From positions 14,738 through 78,737 of the forward strand of contig DASPNW010000023.1 of assembly GCA_035626335.1 (NCBI GenBank): a stretch of 64,000 bases of DNA. The letters are read 5' to 3'. The notes beneath the pieces were generated by a model that made no database searches, was not told the origin of the DNA, and saw only the letters and a list, made by a program, of their open reading frames with translations. Positions 8,801 through 18,128 of the stretch are shown in pieces (position 1 is the stretch's first letter; every line of letters starts with the position of its first letter). The position numbers and the translations under genes were made by a program. The stretch is from Pseudolabrys sp. GTDB lineage: Bacteria > Pseudomonadota > Alphaproteobacteria > Rhizobiales > Xanthobacteraceae.

Positions 8801-10024
8801 TCACCCAATGAGAGCCGCCAGCGCACTCGCCACATCAATCGACATGACGGCGATCTGAGCCATGACAAATGCCTGCCCCTGTGTCGTCGTCAGGCTGTCT
8901 ATTTCCTCGGTCGTGAGGCCGGCGATGGCATCCGTGCTTAGACCGGGGATGCCACTCGTACTCGACAATGCGCTGAAGTTGGTCGTCGTCATTCCGGCGA
9001 TCTGCGCACTCGTGAAGCCGCCGGCCTGGGTTGACGTGAAAGCGGCGATTTCGGTCGTCGAAAGGCTATTGACCCCGGCCGTTGTCAAGGCGCCGATGTC
9101 CGCCGCGGTCAGAGCACCAACCTGGGTCTCAGTCAGGTTAGTGATCGTGGTGGTGTTTAGCCCGACAACCTGCACCGGCAACAACAGTGCGAGCGCCAAA
9201 GCGTCAAGATTGTCTATCGACAGACCATTGAGCTGGGCCCAATAGAGGCCTTGCACCTGCGCCGCGGTCAGCGCCGCTACCTGCGCGGTGGTGAGATTGT
9301 TGAGCACCGTCATGTTCAGCGAGCCGATCTGGCCCGCGGTCAGTGCACCGGCCTGCGTGGTAGACAGGCTCTGCAGCTCGGTCGTGGTCAGCTGAGCGAT
9401 CTGGCTGGCATTTAGCGCCGCCACCTGCGTGGCCGCCAGTGCCGCCACCTGCGTGGTGGTCAGATCGCCAATCACTGTCGTGCTCAGGCCGGCGGTCTGC
9501 CCGGCGCCGAGCTTGGTGACGTCAAGCGCGCCCAGGTTGTCGATCGACAGCGCATTGAGCTGGGTCGTGGTCAGGCCCTGCACCTGCACCGTGCTCAGCG
9601 CCGCCACCTGCGTGGTGGTGAGATTGTTGAGGACTGTCGTGCTCAGCGAGCCGATCTGGGCCGCGGTCAGCGCGCTGGCCTGCGTGGTCGACAGGTTCTG
9701 CAGTTCCTCCGGCGACAATGCGCCGATCTCGCCGGCGGTAAGCGCGCTCACCTGCGTCGACGTCAGCTCGGTGATCTGGGTGGTGGTGAAAGCCTGTATC
9801 TGCGCCTCGATCAGACCGCCCATGGTCGTCGAGGAGATCGCCTGAAGCTGCGCCGTCGCCAGGTATTGCAGGGCGGTCGATGTGAGCGCATTGACCTGAT
9901 CCGCATTCAGGACCGCCAGCTGGGTCGTGGAAAAAGCCGCGATGCTGGTGGTTTTCAGCGAGCTGAAGGTTGTCGTCGAAAGACCGGCAATTTTTGCGGC
10001 GCTGATGAAGGGAATAACAGACAT
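8801..10024 (-). CDS. Thr/Ala/Leu-rich octapeptide-repeat protein
   Basis: About 45 units of L-[ST]-x-x-Q-[IVL]-x-[AG]; internal duplication at 327-nt spacing. Confidence 0.85.
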   Translation of the reverse strand: MSVIPFISAAKIAGLSTTTFSSLKTTSIAAFSTTQLAVLNADQVNALTSTALQYLATAQLQAISSTTMGGLIEAQIQAFTTTQITELTSTQVSALTAGEIGALSPEELQNLSTTQASALTAAQIGSLSTTVLNNLTTTQVAALSTVQVQGLTTTQLNALSIDNLGALDVTKLGAGQTAGLSTTVIGDLTTTQVAALAATQVAALNASQIAQLTTTELQSLSTTQAGALTAGQIGSLNMTVLNNLTTAQVAALTAAQVQGLYWAQLNGLSIDNLDALALALLLPVQVVGLNTTTITNLTETQVGALTAADIGALTTAGVNSLSTTEIAAFTSTQAGGFTSAQIAGMTTTNFSALSSTSGIPGLSTDAIAGLTTEEIDSLTTTQGQAFVMAQIAVMSIDVASALAALIG

Positions 10025-10217
10025 TCAGGCAACCCATTCCGACTGGCTGACGCGGTCCCGCCGCGGGACGAATGTAAGAATGCCGGGATGGGTGGAGTTT
10101 CACATTGATGCATTTATTGATTCTGACGATTTTTGGCTTTGGATATTGGTAGTTAAAGCGTTCAAAAAAATTCCGTCAAATTCAATCGCCCCGATTAGGA
10201 ATTCGTTCATGCCTAAC

Positions 10218-10239
10218 GTCGTTTTGGGCCAAAAGCGAC
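10218..10239. repeat. Variant palindromic repeat
   Basis: GTCGTTTTGGGCCAAAAGCGAC shares the TTTGGGCCAAAAGCG core. Confidence 0.6.
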
Positions 10240-10264
10240 CTTCTCTTCTCTTCTCTTCTCTTCT
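10240..10264. repeat. Simple sequence repeat (CTTCT)5
   Basis: Five perfect pentamer copies directly after the palindrome. Confidence 0.9.
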
Positions 10265-10301
10265 GGCATCAATAAAAAAGCGAATAACAATGCGTCAACG
10301 G

Positions 10302-11237
10302 CTAGCGGTATGCGATCAGCGATTGCAACTTGGCTTTCAACCTTGGCCGCCACTCGGCAAATTGTAGCGGCAGTGGCGCCGCGGGGATTTCGGTGGAGCT
10401 GTCATAGGGCAGCAAACGCACGCCCGGTTCAGGTGCATATTGATTAAGGGCGTCGCCCTGTCCTGCCTCCAGGCGGTCGATCGCTCGCATGAGCACGGCT
10501 TCGGTAACCTTCTCTTGCCGCGCAAGGCAGAGATTCCCCGCGCAGGAGTGATAAAGGTAGGTCTGGCCATAAAATCTCAAAACCTTTTCATCGTGCTCCG
10601 CCAAAGCACGAAGCAAGACCGGCGAAAATACAGCGACATGCGAGAACGTTGGAAACATCAGTGAATATTGCAAGCCACGAAGCAAGCGCACCCCAACCTG
10701 ATAGTTACTTACGATGTGCCGCTTAGAATCGATGTGACGGATAAGCGCGATCAGCATATCCAGATCAACAGCGTTCTGAGTAAAGAATGTCGCCGCATTA
10801 TGGGGAGCGGGCGAAATGGCGTGGGTCACACCAGCCCGACGGAGCAGGATAACTTCGCGACCAAAAGCATAGCCGGTGGTCAGGCTTTCGGCTGGAAAAT
10901 CGAATACAAGCCTGGCGGGGTCGAACACGAACACATCCGCGTCGAGCCAAATCACCCGTTGATAGCCGGCATCCAATCGCTCGCGCGTCGCGACTAGACG
11001 GGCGAGGTTGGTGATGGCTTGGGGATTCTTGCTGCCACGCGACAGATATTCCGGACCGCACAAATTGTAGAATTCGTCGCCCGCCAGCGAGTACTCGTAG
11101 TCACGCAACGCCGCCCATTTCTGCACGCTGTGCAGGCAACGCTGTATCCAGGCAGGGATGTTTTGGTTACGGAATGTCTGGATAACGATCGTATCCGATC
11201 GTCTTGACGGGCTCGACAAAAAACAACTCCTTTTCAA
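10302..11237 (-). CDS. Hypothetical protein, possible GT-A-like nucleotide-sugar transferase
   Basis: RVIWLDADVFVFD (DxD); start uncertain. Confidence 0.5.
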   Translation of the reverse strand: MKRSCFLSSPSRRSDTIVIQTFRNQNIPAWIQRCLHSVQKWAALRDYEYSLAGDEFYNLCGPEYLSRGSKNPQAITNLARLVATRERLDAGYQRVIWLDADVFVFDPARLVFDFPAESLTTGYAFGREVILLRRAGVTHAISPAPHNAATFFTQNAVDLDMLIALIRHIDSKRHIVSNYQVGVRLLRGLQYSLMFPTFSHVAVFSPVLLRALAEHDEKVLRFYGQTYLYHSCAGNLCLARQEKVTEAVLMRAIDRLEAGQGDALNQYAPEPGVRLLPYDSSTEIPAAPLPLQFAEWRPRLKAKLQSLIAYR

Positions 11238-11314
11238 GACCTGGCGAGTGGATCAATAAGCCGCGCGTTTGGCTCCGAACCGGTCAATCAAATCTCACAC
11301 CGTAATTCAATGCA

Positions 11315-11341
11315 ATGCCCGCTTTGCGCCGTTAGCGGAGT
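11315..11341. repeat. Degenerate palindromic repeat
   Basis: ATGCCCGCTTTGCGCCGTTAGCGGAGT. Confidence 0.6.
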
Positions 11342-11471
11342 GCATCACCTGTCAATCCGGTCGCATTTTTTTCGTTTGGTGCGCGAAAGCCATATAGCAG
11401 CGCCCACCAGTACGAAAACTATCACGAGCTTCAGGCCCATTTTTTTGCTTGTCGTACCTGGCACGCCAACA

Positions 11472-11645
11472 TCATGGCTGATTTTTTTTAGCCGTGTCTC
11501 TCTCAAATTCCAGTCTAAACCTAGTTTGCTCTTCTTCCAGAAGTCTCAAGATCTCCCTTCTTTTGGCGGCGCTTGTTCTTCTGTTTGCAAGAGCGCGGTA
11601 GAACGCAACATTGCTTCGGCTGAAGAATCTTTCCAGGCCGGTCAT
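11472..11645 (-). CDS. Small hypothetical protein
   Basis: MTGLERFFSRSNVAFYRALAN...ILRLLEEE resembles small rhizobial helical proteins. Confidence 0.4.
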   Translation of the reverse strand: MTGLERFFSRSNVAFYRALANRRTSAAKRREILRLLEEEQTRFRLEFERDTAKKNQP

Positions 11646-11863
11646 GCCGAGCCGAGAGCACAGCACGTTCTGCTGATTGATTTTTGTACTTTTCCCGCCC
11701 TTTCGGGCAGCTCGTTCTTTTGTGGGCGCGCCCATTCGTGTTCCCCAGGATGCGCCCGCCAACGATCTCAAAACGTTACTGCTCCAGGGAACCTGCGTTA
11801 ACGGAGGGTAATTTTTTAAATTACGCCAGCGTGCGATATGTCCGCGTGGCTAAAATGAGCGGC

Positions 11864-12223
11864 TCAAGAGAGCACATTATGCGCCAGTCGAGTGATAACG
11901 CCCGGACTGACATCGTGGGTTTGTGTGTGCTGACGTGAGAGGCGTTCGGGTCCAAAGGCGTCATTAAGACCGTTGAGCAGCCATACCCCGCTCGTCACAA
12001 GAAAGATCAAAAACAGAAATACCACCGCATTTGCTCTCATGCGGTCCCGGTAACTCGCGTCGGACCAAAACTCTTCTCCTCGGTCTCGCGACTGTCGCAA
12101 ATTGTGCATTGGCTGGAACGTCAACGAACGAGACGACCGGAGCTTTTTCTCCCGTCGATAAAACCCCAGATTTACAACGTTGGAACAATCTGCGAAGGGC
12201 GACGCCGGTCGACGGGCACGCAT
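11864..12223 (-). CDS. Small membrane hypothetical protein
   Basis: YRDRMRANAVVFLFLIFLVTSGVWL single TM segment; start uncertain. Confidence 0.5.
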   Translation of the reverse strand: MRARRPASPFADCSNVVNLGFYRREKKLRSSRSLTFQPMHNLRQSRDRGEEFWSDASYRDRMRANAVVFLFLIFLVTSGVWLLNGLNDAFGPERLSRQHTQTHDVSPGVITRLAHNVLS

Positions 12224-12421
12224 TTTATCCTCACTGGCATTTTATCCAGCGACCGCGCCCCGCGAAATAACGCCATCGTCCGGTATTTGTTTCGGACGTA
12301 GACACCCCTACCCCCGCTCGGGGTCAGGTTGAAAATAAATCCTGCATAAATTTTAGGCGAGGAACTGTCTGACTTATTTGTAACTTGATGGAACACAGGT
12401 TTTGGCCTGGCGGAACGTTGG

Positions 12422-13681
12422 ATGGATATCGATATCACGAACGGACCGCCTGCCGGCCGGCCCAGGAGAGATTTTTTGCTTTGGATCCACGCGTCACGGC
12501 TGCGCAGCGCGAAGGGTATCCTCGGCCTGACAGCGATGCTGCTTATCGCCGGATATGTCGGCTGGCGCTACGCCTCCGCGAGTCAAACCGATGCCGGCAA
12601 CCGCCAGGCAAAGGCGCCGGCCGCAATTCCCGTCACGACCCAGTCTGTCCAGAACGCCGACTTCCCTGTGTATCTCAACGGTCTCGGCACGGTGCAACCG
12701 TACAATACGGTCACCGTGCGGAGCCGGGTCGATGGCCAGGTGATCAAGGTCGGCTTTCGTCAGGGACAGATGGTGAATGAAGGCGATCTGCTGGTGCAGA
12801 TCGACCCTCGTCCATTTCAGGCAGCCCTCGAACAGGCGCAGGCCAAAAAGGCGCAGGACGAAGCCAATCTGAAGAATGCACAACTCGATCTCCAGCGCTA
12901 CAGCACCCTTGCCGTTCAGGATTATGCCTCAAAACAACAGCTCGATACGCAACAGGCGAAGGTCGACCAGCTCGTCGCCCAGATAAAAGGTGACCAAGCC
13001 GCGATTGATAACGCCGGAACGCAACTCAGCTACGCGAGCATCCGCTCTCCGTTATCCGGCAAAACCGGCTTTCGTCTCATCGATCCCGGCAACATCGTCC
13101 ACGCGAACGACCAGACGGGTATCGTAACGATTGTGAAGCTTCAGCCGATTTCCGTGGTCTTCACAGCGCCGGAGGCGAACATCGGACAGATCAACAGCGC
13201 GTTGGCTTCCGGAACCGTACCCGTTATCGCGTTGTCGTCGGATGGCACAAAAACTCTTGCCAATGGACATCTCGCGCTGGTCGACAACCAGGTCGATCAG
13301 GCCAGCGGTACAATTCGCATGAAGGCCACGTTTCAGAACACCGACAATGCGTTGTGGCCCGGACTCTCCGTTGCAACACGGCTCCTGGTCGACACAAGAA
13401 AAAACGTTCTCGTGATTCCCAACGATGCAATCCAGCATGGGCCGAACGGGCTCTTCGCCTTCGTTGTAGGCAAAGACAATAAAGTGACGACACACGATAT
13501 CAAAGTGGCCGACGAAGGTGCCACCCAGGCCGTTGTCCTCGATGGCCTGACCAATGGCGACCGTGTTGTGACCTCTGGCCAATATCGCTTGACGGAGGGC
13601 GCGATCGTTGACCCGCATACTGCAAACACACCGGCTTCGGCCGACAAGCAAGCCGCCAACACCTCGCAAAAAGCTCACTGA
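12422..13681 (+). CDS. RND efflux periplasmic adaptor (MdtA family)
   Basis: GLGTVQPYNTVTVRSRVDGQ, IRSPLSGKTG, NQVDQASGTIRMKA, LWPG. Confidence 0.92.
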   Translation: MDIDITNGPPAGRPRRDFLLWIHASRLRSAKGILGLTAMLLIAGYVGWRYASASQTDAGNRQAKAPAAIPVTTQSVQNADFPVYLNGLGTVQPYNTVTVRSRVDGQVIKVGFRQGQMVNEGDLLVQIDPRPFQAALEQAQAKKAQDEANLKNAQLDLQRYSTLAVQDYASKQQLDTQQAKVDQLVAQIKGDQAAIDNAGTQLSYASIRSPLSGKTGFRLIDPGNIVHANDQTGIVTIVKLQPISVVFTAPEANIGQINSALASGTVPVIALSSDGTKTLANGHLALVDNQVDQASGTIRMKATFQNTDNALWPGLSVATRLLVDTRKNVLVIPNDAIQHGPNGLFAFVVGKDNKVTTHDIKVADEGATQAVVLDGLTNGDRVVTSGQYRLTEGAIVDPHTANTPASADKQAANTSQKAH

Positions 13682-13683
13682 CC

Positions 13684-16600
13684 ATGGAAGGCGGAATCTC
13701 CGGGCCGTTTATACGCCTGCCGATCGCGACATCGTTGCTGATGGTGGGCGTCCTGTTCGTCGGCCTCGTTGCCTATCCGCACTTGCCGGTGGCCCCGCTA
13801 CCACAGGTGGACTTTCCGACCATTCAAGTCTCGGCGAACCTGCCGGGAGCTAGCCCCGACACAATGGCGTCGGCGGTTGCACAGCCGCTGGAAACACAGT
13901 TCGCGCAAATCCCTGGCGTTTCGCAGATGACGTCGACCAGCGTCGGCGGCTCAAGCGCCATCACCATCCAGTTCAACCTTGAACGCAACATTGACGCAGC
14001 CGCCAATGACGTGCAGGCGGCGATCAACGCCGCCGCCGGACAATTACCCAAGAATCTTCCCAGCCCGCCCACCTACCGCAAGGTCAACCCTGCGGACTCA
14101 CCAATCCTTTTGCTCGGCGCCACATCCGATACATTACCGTTGACGGAGGTCGACGATAATGTGGAGACCAAACTCGCCCAGCAAATCAGCCAGATTTCCG
14201 GCGTCGCACAAGTATTGATCGGCGGCCAGCAAAAGCCCGCGATCCGGGTTCAGCTTGACCCGGCCAAACTCGTTGCCAAGGGGCTTTCACTTGAGGACGT
14301 CCGAACACCGTTATCAATCGCAACGGTCGATAACCCGAAGGGCACCATTCGCGGCCAAACGCGTTCCTACACGATTTACACCAACGACCAGCTGACGCAT
14401 TCGAAGGATTGGAACGACGTCATTGTCGCTTACCGCAATGGCGCACCACTCCGTGTGCGCGACATCGGTCAGGCCGTCACAGGCCCGCAGGACACGACAC
14501 AAGCGGCCGTGGCGGATGGAAAACCAGGCATCGTTCTGGTGATCTTCAAACAGCCCGGCGCAAACGTCATCGAGACCGTCGACAAGATCAAGGACATGAT
14601 ACCGAGGCTGCGTGCCACGATGCCGCCGGCAATCGATATATTCACGCTGAGCGACCGAACGCAGACCATTCGGGCCGCTGTGGAGGACGTTCAATTCACG
14701 CTGCTCATCACGATCATACTCGTAGTGCTTGTGATTTTCGCCTTCCTCCGCAGCCTTTGGGCGACCATCATCCCAAGCATCACAGTTCCCCTTGCCTTGT
14801 TGGGCGCATGCGCGCTGATGTGGATGTTCGGCTACAGCCTCGACAACCTTTCGCTGATGGCGCTGACAATCGCGGTTGGTTTCGTTGTCGATGACGCCAT
14901 TGTCATGCTGGAAAACATAACCCGTTACGTCGAAGAGGGAGAAGCGCCGCTCAAAGCCGCGCTTCACGGATCCCGCGAGATCGCGTTCACGATCGTTTCG
15001 ATCAGCATTTCGCTTGTTGCCGTGCTTATCCCGCTGCTGCTGATGGGCGGCATCATCGGGCGTCTATTTCGTGAATTTGCTGTCACCCTTTCCATGACAA
15101 TCTTCATGTCGGCTTTAGTGTCGCTGACGTTGACGCCCATGATGGCGTCGCGCTTCCTCAAGCCACCGAAGGAAATACATCACGGAAAACTTTACGCGTG
15201 GAGCGAGCGTGCCTTCGACGCGCTGCTGCACGCTTATGAGCGCGGGCTCGACGTTGTCTTCCGGCACCAGTTCACGACACTTATCGTCTTTTTTTGCACC
15301 CTTGCACTTTCGGTTGCTCTGTTTGTTGTGATTCCAAAGGGCTTTTTCCCGCAACAGGATATCGGGCTGCTGACGGGAATCTCGGAGGCAGCGCAGGACA
15401 CCTCCCCAGAGCAAATGATGCGACACCAACTCGCGCTTGGAGAAATCGTCCGCAAAGATCCCGCCGTTGACCACGTCGCCATGTTCATGGGCGGAAATGG
15501 CAATCCGCCCAATACCGGACGCATGTTCATCACCTTGAAGCCCCGCAGCGAGCGCACGGCGAACGCCGATCAGATTATCGCGCGACTGCGTGGCCAGCTC
15601 GACAAGGTCGAGGGCGCCCGCCTCTTTCTTCAGGCCGCGCAGGATGTCCGCGTCGGCGGCCGCGCGTCGCGGACACAATTTCAGTACACTCTTCAGGGCG
15701 CAGACATCGAACAGCTCAATGAGTGGGCTCCAAAGATTCTTGCCAAAATTAAGGGGCTTCCGGAGTTGCGCGACGTTGCAACCGACCAACAGACAGAAGG
15801 CCTGACGTTGACCCTAAAAGTCGACCGCGACCAGGCCTCGCGCTACGGATTCACTGCGCAGATGATCGACGACACGCTTTATGATGCTTTCGGCCAGCGT
15901 CAGATAGCCCAGTATTTCACCCAGCTGTCGAGCTACTACGTGATTATGGAGGTACTGCCGTCCCTTCAGGGAGACCCCGCGACACTCGATAAGATTTTCC
16001 TGCGCTCGCCTATAACCAACGGCGAAGTCCCGTTGTCGGCGTTCGCCAAGTGGACCACGCATCCCATCGAACCGCTCTCGATAAGCCACCAGGGGCAGTT
16101 TCCGGCGATCACTATCAGTTTCAACCTTGCCCAGGGAGTTGCGCTTGGCCAGGCGACGGACGCAATCGAGAAGGCCAAAGCCCAATTAAATGTGCCGGCG
16201 ACGATCAATACCGCTTTTCAAGGTAATGCCCAGGCATTTCAGGATTCTCTTTCAACAGTTCCACTCCTGATTCTCGCTGCGCTGATTGTTGTCTATCTTA
16301 TTCTCGGTATTCTCTATGAGAGCTATATTCATCCTATCACAATTCTCTCCACGCTTCCCTCGGCAGGCGTCGGGGCCTTGTTGATGCTGATGCTATTTCA
16401 TTTCGATTTCAGTCTCGTCGCACTTATCGGGATCATCCTGCTGATCGGCATCGTCAAGAAAAACGGAATCATGATGGTCGATTTCGCGATCGTTGCTACA
16501 CGAGATGATGGCCTGTCACCCGCTGACGCTATCCGGCGCGCCGCTCTTTTGCGTTTCCGCCCAATCATGATGACAACGATGGCCGCAATGTTGGGTGGCG

Positions 16601-16821
16601 TACCGCTGATGCTAGGCCAGGGCACTGGCGCCGAGATTCGACAGCCGCTTGGCTACGCGATGGTAGGCGGCTTGCTGGTCAGTCAGGCATTAACGCTCTT
16701 CACAACACCCGTGATTTATCTCTATTTGGATCGAGTCTCGGCGTGGATTACGAACTGGGGCCGCTCCGCGCAACGCGAAAAAGCCGGTCGAGATCAGCTG
16801 ACCCAGCAAGCCGCCGAGTAA
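13684..16821 (+). CDS. RND efflux permease (MdtB/MdtC family)
   Basis: 1045 aa; GFVVDDAIVMLENI, GIVKKNGIMMVDFA, RFRPIMMTT; no outer-membrane factor gene nearby. Confidence 0.95.
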   Translation: MEGGISGPFIRLPIATSLLMVGVLFVGLVAYPHLPVAPLPQVDFPTIQVSANLPGASPDTMASAVAQPLETQFAQIPGVSQMTSTSVGGSSAITIQFNLERNIDAAANDVQAAINAAAGQLPKNLPSPPTYRKVNPADSPILLLGATSDTLPLTEVDDNVETKLAQQISQISGVAQVLIGGQQKPAIRVQLDPAKLVAKGLSLEDVRTPLSIATVDNPKGTIRGQTRSYTIYTNDQLTHSKDWNDVIVAYRNGAPLRVRDIGQAVTGPQDTTQAAVADGKPGIVLVIFKQPGANVIETVDKIKDMIPRLRATMPPAIDIFTLSDRTQTIRAAVEDVQFTLLITIILVVLVIFAFLRSLWATIIPSITVPLALLGACALMWMFGYSLDNLSLMALTIAVGFVVDDAIVMLENITRYVEEGEAPLKAALHGSREIAFTIVSISISLVAVLIPLLLMGGIIGRLFREFAVTLSMTIFMSALVSLTLTPMMASRFLKPPKEIHHGKLYAWSERAFDALLHAYERGLDVVFRHQFTTLIVFFCTLALSVALFVVIPKGFFPQQDIGLLTGISEAAQDTSPEQMMRHQLALGEIVRKDPAVDHVAMFMGGNGNPPNTGRMFITLKPRSERTANADQIIARLRGQLDKVEGARLFLQAAQDVRVGGRASRTQFQYTLQGADIEQLNEWAPKILAKIKGLPELRDVATDQQTEGLTLTLKVDRDQASRYGFTAQMIDDTLYDAFGQRQIAQYFTQLSSYYVIMEVLPSLQGDPATLDKIFLRSPITNGEVPLSAFAKWTTHPIEPLSISHQGQFPAITISFNLAQGVALGQATDAIEKAKAQLNVPATINTAFQGNAQAFQDSLSTVPLLILAALIVVYLILGILYESYIHPITILSTLPSAGVGALLMLMLFHFDFSLVALIGIILLIGIVKKNGIMMVDFAIVATRDDGLSPADAIRRAALLRFRPIMMTTMAAMLGGVPLMLGQGTGAEIRQPLGYAMVGGLLVSQALTLFTTPVIYLYLDRVSAWITNWGRSAQREKAGRDQLTQQAAE

Positions 16822-16856
16822 TAGCGTCGCAGCACTACAGTGGCTGTCCGAGCCGC

Positions 16857-16882
16857 GTGCGCCGAGGGCCATTAGCGGACAT
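16857..16882. repeat. Repeat unit (right-arm type)
   Basis: GTGCGCCGAGGGCCATTAGCGGACAT. Confidence 0.7.
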
Positions 16883-16914
16883 TCAAACGGATTAGGAGCG
16901 TTCTGCCGTGGATT

Positions 16915-17100
16915 TCAGACATACGCGGCAGAGCGCAGCAGAATAATCCTGATTTCGGTGAACTCGCCCACCTGTGTGTCGATCTCGATCGAGCCGGCAT
17001 GTTGCTTGACGAGGATGTCGTGGCTGATCGAGAGGCCGAGGCCGGTGCCCTCTCCCGTCGGTTTGGTCGTGAAGAACGGGTTGAACATCTTCTCTTTCAC
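16915..17100 (-). pseudogene. C-terminal HATPase_c fragment of a histidine kinase
   Basis: [31 protein letters not shown] nearly matches the kinase at 56593-59679; no HisKA domain or N box upstream. Confidence 0.85.
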
Positions 17101-17174
17101 CAGCGTGTGGTTGTCTATGTTTATAACATTTTTGATTTTCGCTGGAAATTATTAGAGTTCGAAGCCTCCGGGCG

Positions 17175-17202
17175 ATATCCGCATTGCGTCAAAGGCGGGC
17201 AT
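17175..17202. repeat. Degenerate palindromic repeat
   Basis: ATATCCGCATTGCGTCAAAGGCGGGCAT, 23/28 to ATGTCCGCTTTGGGTCAAAAGCGGACAT. Confidence 0.7.
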
Positions 17203-17920
17203 GCATGCTAATAGTTCTTCGGTGAACGATTTCGCTACAGCCTTCTTTACCGCGTTTGATTTGATCGGCGGATTCGACCCCGATCTGCGGGAAATTATAT
17301 TTCTGTCCGTCGAAGTAAGTCTGACTGCAAGTGCTTGCGCGTTTGCAATAGGCGCTCCACTGGGCGCGGCGTTGGCGGTGTATCAATTTCCCGGCAGAGG
17401 CGCGTTTATTGTTGTCGTCAACGCGCTTCTGGGCTTACCGCCTGTCGTGGTGGGGCTTGCAATTTACCTGCTGGTTTCGCGCTCCGGGCCGTTGGGGTCA
17501 CTCGGTATTCTGTTCACACCAGCGGCAATGATTGTTGCGCAATGCGTGCTTGCGACTCCGATTGTCATGGCACTGGTTCATCGCACGACTGCCGCATTAT
17601 GGAGCACTTACGGAGACGTTCTTTTGAGCGACGGCGCTACTCGATTTCGTAGCATTTGGTCGCTGATGAATATTGGCCGGGATGGGTTGCTTACGGCTTT
17701 TCTTGCCGCTTTTGGACGCGCCATCGCAGAAGTCGGCGCCATCATAGTCGTCGGCGGCAACATTCAAGGCTATACGCGGACTATGACAACGGCGATCGCG
17801 CTGGAAACGAGCAAGGGGGACTTAAGTTTGGCGCTCGCACTTGGGATCGTTCTCGTTGTTCTTTCCACGACGGTAAGTGCCATCAGCCTCTTTTTGGGAC
17901 GCGGCCTGAGCAATCGTTAG
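17201..17920 (+). CDS. tupB: Tungstate ABC transporter permease (TupB-like), orphan
   Basis: NALLGLPPVVVGL, RSGPLG, FGRAIAEVGA, GGNI.GYTRTMTTAIALETSKG; may start at GTG 17222. Confidence 0.8.
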   Translation: MHANSSSVNDFATAFFTAFDLIGGFDPDLREIIFLSVEVSLTASACAFAIGAPLGAALAVYQFPGRGAFIVVVNALLGLPPVVVGLAIYLLVSRSGPLGSLGILFTPAAMIVAQCVLATPIVMALVHRTTAALWSTYGDVLLSDGATRFRSIWSLMNIGRDGLLTAFLAAFGRAIAEVGAIIVVGGNIQGYTRTMTTAIALETSKGDLSLALALGIVLVVLSTTVSAISLFLGRGLSNR

Positions 17921-17941
17921 CGGTTGCGTTTATTCGAACCA

Positions 17942-17965
17942 GCCTGCCTTGGGTCAGAAGCGGCG
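17942..17965. repeat. Degenerate repeat
   Basis: GCCTGCCTTGGGTCAGAAGCGGCG, 21 bp after the tupB stop. Confidence 0.55.
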
Positions 17966-18053
17966 CGGCGACAATCCACTCGCGGGATTGTTGACAAACG
18001 GGCACGCTGACCTTCTCAGACATTATGGTGCTTTTCGCCATTCAGCCAATAGA

Positions 18054-18119
18054 GCGGCTTTTATCGCCGAAAGTGGCATTCGTGACTGGAGTTTCCGCTC
18101 AAGGGCCAGAAGCGGACAT
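18054..18119. repeat. Compound palindromic repeat
   Basis: GCGGCTTTTATCGCCGAAAGTGGCAT...TCCGCTCAAGGGCCAGAAGCGGACAT, 9 bp from the SBP stop. Confidence 0.75.
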
Positions 18120-18128
18120 CGCAGGACG

